Below are positions 25,047 through 36,820 of a stretch of 64,000 bases of DNA, piece by piece (within the stretch, counting starts at the first letter, position 1; each line of letters begins with the position of its first letter). The stretch comes from Octopus vulgaris (taxonomy: Eukaryota), in the NCBI GenBank assembly GCA_951406725.2, contig OX597836.1, forward strand, positions 22,568,001 through 22,632,000. The letters are read 5' to 3'. Under the pieces are notes generated by a model. That model made no database searches. It had not been told where the DNA came from and was given only the letters and a program-made list of their open reading frames with translations. Position numbers and translations under genes: made by a program.

Positions 25047-25065
25047 TAATCTTATTGCCGTTATT

Positions 25066-25097
<32 letters not shown>

Positions 25098-25232
25098 TAT
25101 TCTGGTTTGGCTCAGGTTCACTCTTATTCCTGGTAGGATTTGTGGGTAGCAGTTTATTTACTACCTGTAACCTAACATATCCACAGGTTTAGAACACTCC
25201 TGGAGCTCTACCGAGCATTCTATTCCAATCTC

Positions 25233-25274
<42 letters not shown>

Positions 25275-25334
25275 CATCATTATTATTATTATTATTATTA
25301 TTATCATTACTATTATTATTATTGCTATTATTAT

Positions 25335-25880
25335 TGAGTGAGAGAGAAGCGCATGCCATCAAAGTGACACAGGGGTAAAATATACAAAGCCCAATATACC
25401 CATCATGACTACCCATCTGATAAGGGTACACCAAGCACATGCATCACAACCAAATGTGCGTGAAATAGTGATCTCATATCAAGATAAACAGTGCATGACC
25501 GCACAGGTGGGGGCCCAGTTAGAATTTTCTTCTGGTCGAGTAGCCCATCCTGCTCAAAAGGTCCCTGAATAAGGATTGCTTAAGGACGTTGAAAGAACCA
25601 CCTATGTTTCCAAAGGTGAATTATCCAAACCCCAAAGAATCCCTTTTAACACATGGCTGTGATGCTCCCCCACTACTCCTGCTCATGATCAGAGATGCAC
25701 ATATCGTCAGCTACTAAGGGACATGCTCAAATGGTTAAGGTCAAACAGCTGACAAACAAATCTGTGGTATTGAGTAGAATATTTGTTGTAGCCAATCTTT
25801 TACACCAAGACAAAACAATGTGCATAACACTTCCAATCAGTTAAGATCAGAAATCATGATCTGGTACTGCATCAGGGCAT
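25335..25880 (-). mobile_element. Probable non-LTR 3' UTR-type interspersed repeat ending in (AAT)n
   Basis: Complex sequence abutting a (TAA)n tail on the minus strand; only one copy in the window, family unverified. Confidence 0.35.
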
Positions 25881-25964
25881 TTTATCATTATTATTGTTGT
25901 TGTTGTTATCATTATTATTATTAGTTGGGTTCTGTGTGTGTGTGTGTACATATGTAGTCATGTT

Positions 25965-26252
25965 ACCAACGTCGCTTCACTGGCCTCTGTGCCGGTGGCA
26001 TGTGTAAAAAGATTCGAGCGAGGTCATTGCCAGTACCGCCTGACTGGTCCACGTGCTGGTGGCACGTAAAAAGCACCCACTACACTCACGGAGTGGTTGG
26101 CGTTAGGAAGGGCATCCAGCTGTAGAAACTCTGCCAGATCAAGATTGGAGCCTGGTGCAGCCATCTGGTTCGCCAACCTTCAGTCAAAATCGTCCAACCC
26201 ATGCTAGCATGGAAAGCAGACGTTAAACGACGATGATGATGATGGCGATGAT
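25965..26252 (+). mobile_element. RTE 3' UTR/tail fragment
   Basis: Homology to other RTE tails. Confidence 0.88.
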
Positions 26253-26920
26253 GAATACTGACTTTTGACCTCAATGATCACTACGAACGCCTAGTTCCCC
26301 ATCTCCCTATCTTCCAGTATTCTTCCCTCCGCCCTCCACAAACACCAATCTAAGAACTCTGTGAGACGCTGTGCTGTTTTCTCTTAAAGAAAATAACTAT
26401 TATTAGAAACTTCACTAAGTGGTCTTTGTAACTCCACAATTCTTCATAACCATTCTGTTATATTGCAAGCTAAGAAGAAGCAAGATGACTTGGCAGAAAA
26501 TTTTCGGCAACTCCACACTCATAACTTGCTATCACTATCGTGCCATATGTTCATTGTCATGGTTACTGATTTGGGTTCCGAACCAAATGGAGTCATTTTT
26601 TTTTCTCTTTCTTTCTTTCGTTACTTGATTGACAGTTGTTTTTTGTTCTCTCTTTTTTTTGTTTTTCTGTTTCTATTATATATTTATGTAAATGCATGAT
26701 TTCTTCATGTGTAAGAAGTAGGTATTTGGTATTTATAGAAATGATGGTGGTGGTGGTGGTGGTGGTTCTGGTGGTGGCAGCAATGTTGATGAAGATTGTG
26801 GTGACACAGGTATGGCTTATAGGTGTAGGGGTGGCTGTGTACACAGATAGACAGACAGATACACAGATACACATAGATAGATAGATAGATAGATAGAGAA
26901 AGAGAGAGAGAGAGAGAGAA

Positions 26921-26953
<33 letters not shown>

Positions 26954-26976
26954 GAAAGGTAGAGAGAGAGAGAGAA

Positions 26977-27009
<33 letters not shown>

Positions 27010-27589
27010 GAGAGAGAGGAAGAGAGAGAGAGAGAAATAGATAGATAGATAGATAGATAGATAATGCATGTATGTATGAAAGAAGCCCTTTGTAAAAATG
27101 TATGTATGAGTGCATACTCTGGTCCTAACAGCATGTGATGGCCATAAACAAGCACCAGAATACAACCAATGTTCCAATCTTTAATGGTAAACATGTTTGG
27201 TTATGGTGAAATATTTACTTTGCTTGGAAACAGGAGAGGTTTGTTAACAGGAAAGGTATCTGCCAGTGCAAAACCTGCCTCAATAAACTCCATCTCATTC
27301 ACATGAGCATAGAAAACAGGCATATATATATAAATAACTCATTTTTAACTGCATATTACCTCAATACATCTGACTAATATAGGCAGAATGAGATACTTTT
27401 ATCTATAGGCTGAAACAGCTGTAAGGACCATTTTATGTGTATTATTCTTATGGTTTTATTATCTTGCATATTGATGTATATTGTTTTGTTCGATTTGGAT
27501 GTTCCTATTCATATAGTTAATAAATAAGATGAAATGGTAATATCTGTAAATTGATGATTGAAATGAATTTGCTCCTCCATTTTCTTATT

Positions 27590-27683
<94 letters not shown>

Positions 27684-27684
<1 letters not shown>

Positions 27685-27889
27685 GTGACCGTGTGTGTAC
27701 TGTTGGCGATTTTTTTTCCTCCATCTTCCCTTCTTTGGATCTTTCCTTTTCCTATGTTTCTGACGAAGAGCTCCGCTCAAAACATTAAACCCTCCTTCTT
27801 TCCTTATTTCCTGAGCGTCCAATAATACTATACTTGTTCCACGTCCTCGCGTTGTTGTGTTTTCTCTTTGTGTTTTCATGTTTGGATTA

Positions 27890-27895
<6 letters not shown>
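27684..27895 (+). mobile_element. About 210-bp Penelope-type pLTR fragment with a decayed hammerhead core
   Basis: Second copy at 45858-46066; CTGACGA-AGAGC-TCC-GCTC-(A)AAAC core. Confidence 0.65.
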
Positions 27896-27943
<48 letters not shown>

Positions 27944-28476
27944 TGTATATATGCATTCTTGCATATGCACACGCACACACATGTATCTTTATATCATTGT
28001 TTGCTTTGGACCCATATAAGGTCTGATCAAACATAGTTGTGATCAAAGAACATCCAGCCATGACCGACCCATTTATTTCTATATCAGCCATGAGAAGTGC
28101 TATTGATTCTGACAGCATTTCAGTAGAAACTATTTAGCCACAAACAAAGACATCAATACTTTTTAGATCTCCAATTCTATTGTTTTCATTTTCTCAACTA
28201 TATATATATATTTACAATATACATATATACACATGTGTATGTGTGTGTGTGTGTGTCTGTGTGAGTGTTTCTGTAAACATAAAAACAGTGAACTTTCACT
28301 GAATGAAGGACTTACCATTGGTATGAAATGTGATATCTTTAATAATGTTATTGACTAGGACTTTGAAGTTTTGCCAGTCAGCTTACTTCAACTGTTAGAA
28401 TAAGCTGTCCAGTGGAGCTTCAAATTCACTCTCAGTAAAAATTATTAAATTTGTATTCAGACATACACAGGATCAA

Positions 28477-29032
28477 GTGTGGCTGTGTCAAAAGAAATCT
28501 GCTTCCCAACCACATGGATCTGGGTTCAGTTTCAGTATGTGACACCTTGGGCAAGTGTTTTCTATTATATCCTTGGGCCAACCAAAGCCTTGTGAGTGGA
28601 TTTGGTGGACAGAAACTGAAAGAAGGTGGCAAGCTGGCAGAAACATTAGCACGCCAGGCAAAATGCTTAGCGGTATTTCGTCTGCTGTTATTTTCTGAGT
28701 TCAAATTCCGCCGAGGTCGACTTTACCTTTCATCCTTTCGGGGTCGATAGATTAAGTACCAGTTACGCACTGGGGTCGATGTAATCGACTTAATCCGTTT
28801 GTCTGTCCTTGTTTGTCCCCTCTATGTTTAGCCCCTTGTGGGTAGTAAAGAAATAAGAAACTGAAAGAATTGGTTGGCGTTAGGAAGGGCATCCAGCTGT
28901 AGAAACACTGCCATATCAGACTGGAGCCTGGTGCAGCCTCGTGGCTTCCCTGACCCCAGTCGAACCGTCCAACCCACGTTAGCATGGAAAACGGACATTA
29001 AACAATGATGATGATGATGATGATGATGATGA
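28477..29032 (+). mobile_element. Cluster: SINE-A 5' half, SINE-B (28625-28855) and RTE tail
   Basis: SINE-B flanked by 14-bp TSD AGAAACTGAAAGAA. Confidence 0.88.
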
Positions 29033-29379
29033 TACTTTGAGCCACTTCTAATTCATATTTGAATATTTTCCATGGCATGAAACATTGGGATAGGCCAGCA
29101 GGGAGGTTTTCAAACCATTTAGCATATACAGTCATAGTCAGTGAGATAGATTGCAGCAGGCCTTGTTTGGTACATGGCATTGAAAAGTCACAACAATGAC
29201 AAAATATCAATGGTCTTGCTTGCCTGACTTACTTTTGGATGTTTTAACACCAGGTGCATTGAGAATATATTCTCTTACACCTAAAATTACACAGCTGACC
29301 CACAAACTAACAACACACACACCTTATGTATGTGTGTTTGATTTTGTTTATATATATATATATATCATAGTTTCTTAAA

Positions 29380-29610
29380 GGCGGTGAGCTGGCAGAAACG
29401 TTAGCACACCGGGTGAAATGCGTAGCCGTATTTCGTCTGTTGTTACATTCCGAGTTCAAAACTCCGCTGAGGTTGACTTTGTCTTTCATCCTTTCAGAGT
29501 CGATAAATTAAGTACCAGTTACGCAATGGGGTCGATGTAATTATCTTAATCTCTTTGTCTGTCCTTGTTTGTCCCCTCTGTGTTTAGCCCCTTGTGGGTA
29601 GTAAAGAAAT
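29380..29610 (+). mobile_element. SINE-B
   Basis: Homology; flanking direct repeat ATATATATCATAG(T/C)TTCTTAAA. Confidence 0.9.
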
Positions 29611-29959
29611 ATATATATATATATCATAGCTTCTTAAATATTGCTTTTGTATTAGGGTGTGTTTTGCCACAGGTAGATGGGTCTTCTATCGCCCCTCATA
29701 GTACCACCAGTTAATATAGTTCTTTGTCATCTCATCTGTGAGGTGTAACATCTTCAGGTCAACCTTTACCACTTTGTCCCAAGTCCTTCCTGGTCTCCCT
29801 CTTCAAAAGGTGCAATAAAAGAGAATGGAAGAAATGAGGAGGGACAGGAAAAGGAAAAGAAAGAAAGAGATAACAAAAGAATGGATGGATGAATGAATGA
29901 ATGAAAGGGGGAAGGAAAGAAGGAAAGAAGAAGGGAAGAAGGAACAAAAGAAAAATAGA

Positions 29960-30400
29960 AGGAAAAAGAAAGAAAGAAAGTAAGAAGCAATAACAAAGCT
30001 AGTAGAAGAGAGGGATAGAGAGAATGAGTGAATGAATGAAAGATCGACAGACAGAAATAGAAAAAAAGAAAGAAAAAGAAAGAAAGAAAGAAAGAAAGAA
30101 AGGAAGAAAGAATGAAAGAAAGAAAGAAGCAATAACAAATATATAACAAAGCTAGTAAAAGAGAGAGATAGAGAGAATGAGTGAATGAATGAAAGATCGA
30201 AAGACAGAAATAGAGAAAAAGAAGGAAAAAGAAAGAAAGAAAGAAAGAAAGAAAGGAAGAAAGGAAGAAAGAATGAAAGGAAGAAAGAATGAAAGAAAGA
30301 AAGAAGCAATAACAAATATATAACAAAGCTAGTAAAAGAGAGAGATAGAGAGAATGAGTGAATGAATGAAAGATCGACTGACAGAAGTACAACACAGACA
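29960..30400. repeat. GAAA-rich minisatellite with three units of about 145-180 bp
   Basis: AACAAAGCTAGTA..GAGAATGAGTGAATGAATGAAAGATCGA repeated three times. Confidence 0.88.
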
Positions 30401-30937
30401 GACAGAAAAACCAAGAATGAAAGTTCATTGACTGACAGACAGACAGACAGACAGAAGAGAAATGTGTAATGGGAAAAATTGAGAAATATGTAATGGAAAA
30501 AGTTGAATGAAGAGCAAGAATTTCTTCAGCTCTGTTGAACTATTCCAAAGGAAATTAACTGTCTTGTTAGGATATTCCAAGAATAACTATCTCCACCAGA
30601 CCATTTCTACAACTGAGAACATTCACAGCAACAACAAGAACAACGACGAAGAAATGCTTGGTTGGAAGTGTTATGGTTAGCAAACTCTGGCTGTGTGGTA
30701 AAGACGTTCAAATTGCAATCACAAGGGTCTGGGTTCAAATCCCACCATTTGGCCTTTTAGACAGACAAGTGTTAGACAACAGCCTCACTCTGAGCAATGA
30801 GTGAAAATAAGTGGTGAGTGGAAACTGTTTGGAAGCCTCTTACACATACACATACACATATGTATATAGGGTTGATGTAATTGACCAGTCTCCTCTCCCA
30901 AAGTTTCAGGCCTTGTGCCAAAATTTGAAACCATCAC

Positions 30938-31016
<79 letters not shown>

Positions 31017-31059
31017 GTCATCATCATTCTTCTACTTCTTCTTCTTCTTCTTCTTCTTC

Positions 31060-31104
<45 letters not shown>

Positions 31105-31141
31105 GCTAGGCTCTAAAGTTAGAGGGAGTAAGCACATAATA

Positions 31142-31204
31142 AAATGAAGTCAAATGCAGGTGTTATTCAAAGCATTTGAATAGCACCTGCGTTTGACTCC
31201 ATTT
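31142..31204. repeat. 30-bp inverted repeat with a 3-nt loop
   Basis: AAATGAAGTCAAATGCAGGTGTTATTCAAA-GCA-TTTGAATAGCACCTGCGTTTGACTCCATTT. Confidence 0.92.
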
Positions 31205-31783
31205 CTTAATTTATCCATGATATACAAAAACATTTCACTTAACCCTGGAATGTCTACCTTTATAAGTATACTGTAATATCCTTGGCACTTATGTGAATTT
31301 TTGCTATCCTGGTAACTATTTATTAATTTTTTCCTTGTTATTTCTACACACTGTAAAAATACACATACATTTATATATATATATATATATCATCTCCGTC
31401 ATCGTCATCATCATTTAACACCTGTTTTCTATGCTGGTATGGGTGGAATGGTTTGACAGGTGCTGGTAAGGCCAGAAGCTGCATCAGGTCCCACAGTCTG
31501 TTTTGGTTTGGTTTCTACAGCTGGATGCTCTTCCCAATGCCAACCAATTTACAAAGAGCACTGGGTGCTTTTTACATGGCACCAACAACAATGCTTTTTG
31601 CGTGGCACCATTACCAGTGCTTTCTATGTGAAACCAGCCCCAGCGCTTTTTATGTAACACCAGCATGCATTGAGTAATCCTTAGGCTTAATGTTAAACTG
31701 TTTTTAGATGCAGGTACAAAAAGCATAATAGACAAACCCATATATACACACATACAAAACACACGTATACATACCAAACACAT

Positions 31784-31822
<39 letters not shown>

Positions 31823-31972
31823 TTCAGATGTTAACATATGCACAGATAGTGATATATACCAGAGAAAGACAAAATGGAATAGGCAGGGCAAGACCAGGGA
31901 GGAGTAGAGGCACGAGGGAAAGGAAGCAGTTGCAGAGGTCAAGGAATATGTAATGAAAGAACTCTGACAAAC

Positions 31973-32026
<54 letters not shown>

Positions 32027-32039
32027 CAATGACAATGAC

Positions 32040-32089
<50 letters not shown>

Positions 32090-32189
32090 TAATAATAAAG
32101 GGAAGATCAAATAAAGAGTGTTGGCAAAAGATGACCATCCACAAATACAACTTTGTTTTCATTATAACTTGACATAAAAGCAAATATTG

Positions 32190-32256
<67 letters not shown>

Positions 32257-32272
32257 CATCTCTCTCTATCCA

Positions 32273-32339
<67 letters not shown>

Positions 32340-32672
32340 TACATACATATGTATATATGTATGTATATATATATATACACACACACACAGACCCACACAT
32401 GCATGCACACACATGTACACGCGTGCGCACACACACACACACACATATATAAATATTGGATGCATCTCATTTCTACAAAAGCTCAGAATATGTTGACTGT
32501 AATATTGTAACAAGATATATATATATATACATATATATATATACACACACACACACACATATATGTACATATGTACATACACACACACACACATAATATA
32601 TATATATATATATATACATACATATTTACATGTATGTATATATATATATATATACATATATTTACATGTATG

Positions 32673-32737
<65 letters not shown>

Positions 32738-33085
32738 ATATATTCAGCTATATTCAACCATGATGTTGAAATACTGAACTTTTTACTGTTATTTTTTCTG
32801 TTTCATTAATATTTCTATCAAACACATTTCGTTTTGTTTTCTTCCTTCTTCTGTATGCTTAATATAAGTACTTCTGCATGTGTGTGTGTGCACATGCATG
32901 TACATTTGTGCACAAATACTGCACTGCTTTGAAGATGTGATATTAAGGTGTAATAACTTCATGCATATTTAACCAATATTGAGACAGGTCATAAGGGTGA
33001 CAGCTATCAAACGAGGCAGTAAAACAGTTCAATTGCATTGCTTAATTTAGTAGAAGTAGTGTTGTTGTTGTTGTTGTTGTTATTA

Positions 33086-33138
<53 letters not shown>

Positions 33139-33285
33139 GTAGTCGTCATCGTCGTCGTCGGGCATCCAGCTGTAGAAACACTGCCAGATCAGACTGGAGC
33201 CTAGTGCAGCCTTCCCGGTCGAACCGTCCAACCCATGCTAGCATGGAGAATGGATGTTAAACGATGATGATGATTATTATTATCC

Positions 33286-33349
<64 letters not shown>

Positions 33350-33562
33350 GATGGGGAGCTGGCAGAATCGTTAGCATGCCAGGCAAAATGCTTAGTGGTA
33401 TATCATCTGCTGCTACATTCTGAGTTTAAATTTCACGAGGTCAACTTTGCCTTTCAATCTTTTGGGGTCGGTAAATTAAGTACCAGTGAAACACTGGGGT
33501 CAGTGTAATCGACTAGTCCCCTTCCTCCAAATTCCAGGCCTTGTGCCTTCAGTAGAAAGGAT
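33350..33562 (+). mobile_element. SINE-B variant with an alternative 3' tail
   Basis: Same head and core, but tail CCCCTTCCTCCAAATTCCAGGCCTTGTGCC; similar at 44452-44665. Confidence 0.8.
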
Positions 33563-33568
33563 TATTAT

Positions 33569-33802
33569 TATTCTGTTGTGTCTGGGGAGAGTCATTCTCT
33601 TTTAGTGCCTTATTATTTAACACACTCACCGGTAAAATTTCCACTTATTTCTTATTTTCATTCTCTAAAATTTTCGTTGCGTCTTGCAACCTTTTCAATA
33701 GTCTAGAGAATAAAAATAAGAAATAAGTGGAAATTTTACCGGTGAGTGTGTTAAATAATAAGGCACTAAAAGAGAATGACTCTCCCCAGACACAACAGAA
33801 TA
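33569..33802. repeat. 99-bp near-perfect inverted repeat with a 36-nt spacer (Penelope-type)
   Basis: 33569-33667 vs 33704-33802, one mismatch seen. Confidence 0.93.
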
Positions 33803-33929
33803 TGCTTCAACACACAAACTCATATAAAGAATCTTGCAAACCGAATCCAAAAACGAAATATTATTATTATTGTTATTTACTTTTAATCTGCATGTTTGTT
33901 ACAATCACTTGCCGAGACACTCCCGGCAT

Positions 33930-34050
33930 CCTAGGGCTTTCTGAACTTTGCCCAGGCTATTCTTATTCTAGCAGCTACACTCTCCAGAGTATTCACCTCC
34001 CACTACTAACTTGGTCACCTAGGTAACGGAGGCTATCAAGTGCTTATTGT
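33930..34050 (-). mobile_element. RTE RT fragment
   Basis: Homologous to the YLGDQVSSGG..RIRIAWAKFRK region at 4900-4990. Confidence 0.75.
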
Positions 34051-34835
34051 ATCTGATTCTCATAAACGGAAGACATCTTTTTGATCGTCCTTTCTAAACA
34101 CATTTTACTTCAGATATTACCAAAATGAAATGTTCTTTGGAACTAACTGTAAAGTAAGTATAATTTCTAAAGGAAAGACTGTCTGATAACCAGGCATAGA
34201 CAACAGACAAAATATAGACTTGTTTCACAACTTACATTTTCACATCCAAAATGGCTACCATATATATTTATGCTACAAGATTAAACAATATAATGGCAAG
34301 AAAAACGATAATAAACCAAAATACATAACTAAATGGATTGGAAGAAAAAGAAAGTTAACATTTTATTGAACAATTAATAGCAGAAAATATCCTCAATTTT
34401 CTTCAAGAAAACTGAAGATAGCAACAGTAATAACCATATCAATAGCAACAACAACACTCGTATCATGCCAAATACCAAAGTGCATTGATATAGCAGCTGG
34501 GTGAAGACGAAACTTCCTTCAATGCAAAATTGGCAGAGTTTTTACACCTACAGTCAAAAGCGAGGAAAATGTAGATGTTGTAAAACCCAACAGCAGTTCA
34601 ATGCCACAAGCATGAATCCAGGAGAGGGTAAAGAGAAAGATTGCATACCCGTGCTTATAGAAAGACAGAAGGGAATTAAATTATTTTATTTTCCCTCATA
34701 TCAAGTAATACAAAGTCTCCAGGACATATCAGGAGAAATTATCTCAGTTGATGAAAGTTAAAACTGTGACATAATTTGCTGTATCTTTAAGAAGCCAAAA
34801 CACAGGTTGAACTTGTTCAACATACCTCTGACTGA

Positions 34836-35066
34836 AGGCATTGAGCTGGCAGAATCATTAGCACACCGGGCGAAATGCTTAGCAGTATTTCGTCGGCCGC
34901 TATGTTCTGAGTTCAAATTCCGCCGAGGTTGACTTTGCCTTTCATCCTTTTGGGGTTAATAAATTAAGTACCAGTTATACACTGGGCTCGATGAAATTGA
35001 CTTAATCCCTTTGTCTGTCCTTGTTTGTCCCCTCCGTGTTTAGCCCCTTGTGGGCAATAAAGAAAT
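34836..35066 (+). mobile_element. SINE-B
   Basis: 16-bp TSD AACATACCTCTGACTG. Confidence 0.92.
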
Positions 35067-35104
35067 AACATACCTCTGACTGTGTACATCTGTATCCCAT
35101 TAAA

Positions 35105-35330
35105 TCATCATCATCATCATCGCTTAACATCCGCTTTCCATGCTAGCATGGGTTGGACGGTTCAACCGGGGTCTGGGAAGTCAGGAGGCTGCAGCAGGCC
35201 CAGTCTGATCTGGCAGTGTTTCTACAGCTCGATGCCCTTCCTAATGCCAACCACTCCGTGAGTGTAGTGGGTGCTTTTTACGTGCCACCAGCACAGGTGC
35301 CAGGCAGGGTTGGCAACGGCCACAATTGGT
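35105..35330 (-). mobile_element. RTE 3' tail fragment
   Basis: Reverse-complement homology with (ATC)n. Confidence 0.88.
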
Positions 35331-35439
35331 TGGTCTGAGAAATAGGTCTGAGAAATACAAAAACCACAATAAAAGACATTTGGACATGACATAGACCCAT
35401 GGCTAATAGTGACTTATGGCACAGTATGAGGGGAAAGAT

Positions 35440-35660
35440 AAAAGGTAAAGTTACCTTCTTGAGTCGTACTGGCTCATAAGGGCCAATTTCCCAGTTTCAT
35501 GGTATATGTTTTCCCCACCAGGATGGGAGGTTGGTCCATCACAGGATTATTAATTTTTGCCAGCTGAGTGGACCCGAGCAATGTGAAATGAAGTGTTTTG
35601 CTCAAGAACACAAATGCGCTGCCCAGTCCAGGAATTGAAACCACAATCTTATGATCATTT
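35440..35660 (-). mobile_element. Older tRNA-derived SINE-C (CORE/V-like)
   Basis: GGTTTCAATTCC B-box then GTGTTCTTGAGCAAAACACTT..CCACTCAGCTG; related copies near 60560-60700 and 62620-62850. Confidence 0.6.
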
Positions 35661-36820
35661 TATAAATATGCATAAATATAGATATATCTACAGACACCCT
35701 AACCAATAAACCATGCATCTCCATTGGTATGGGAGAGGGACCAGTGCATGATTTTTCTTTATTTCTCCCTCTCACACCCAGATTCTCTCCCTTACTGCTT
35801 TCTATCTACATATACACGTTCACATTGCCAAGAGGCAACAGAATAGATTTACAAATTCTAATGACCTCTGAAGACCACAGTGTCATATCAGTAGAAGGTG
35901 CCAAGATAAAGGGCATGAGATTAATGATACAGGGCTGAAAGCCTAGTTTCTATGTTTATTAGAGTAAAATACATTTTAGATTGATAAAATAGGTAAAAAA
36001 AGAACAAATAAAAATAATAAAAATCATGAGCAACAACAAACCCCAGTTTCCATGGCATCACCAGCCAAAGCCAATCACTATCGTCGTCATCATCATCATC
36101 ATCATCAACATTAACATCTATTTTCCATGCTGACAAGGGTCCAATGGTTTGACAGGAGTGATAAGGCCAGAAGCTACACCAAGTTCCATTGTCTGTTTTG
36201 GCATGGTTTCTCCAGCTGGACGCCCTTCCTAATGCCAACCACCTTGCAGAGTGTACTGGGTGCTTTTTAAGTGTCACCAGCACCAGTGCTTTTTACATGG
36301 CAGTTCTGACAATTGTCCTGCACATACATGCTATGTACATTTAAAAGACTTTGAATTATGAAGACAAAGCACCTTTTTCATGGCAAATGAAATGTCTTTA
36401 GACCCATTATTAAGAAATAGATGAACAAACACCTTTCACTCTCACAGTGCCAACCTGTTGTAATATACCTTCGTCATGCAATGAGGGAGAAATAATAATT
36501 ACAAATGAAAATTCTTCAATGATTGGTGAAACTATAAAAGGAGAAAAGTGGAGAAAATCAATCACAGGGAAAGTAGACTCACAATAAAACAACAAGAATA
36601 GGTGAGAATAAGCAATTTGTTCTAAACGATAATGAAATCTCTCTTCAGGAAAATAACAAAGGAAAATGAAGAGAACAAAGTTGAACTAAGATTCATCGTT
36701 CTTTGAAAGTCAAACAAACTGTTAACAGGCAAAATTATGAATTGGGGTACAACAAAGTTTTTGAAGAAATTAGAATGACACGAAGCAGTTAGGTTCAGAA
36801 TATAAACAACATGCACAAGA

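Noticed and set aside
29766-30428. Hydrophobic 200-aa membrane-like ORFs (also 60583-61299)
   Set aside because: Products of CT/CTTT-rich minisatellites
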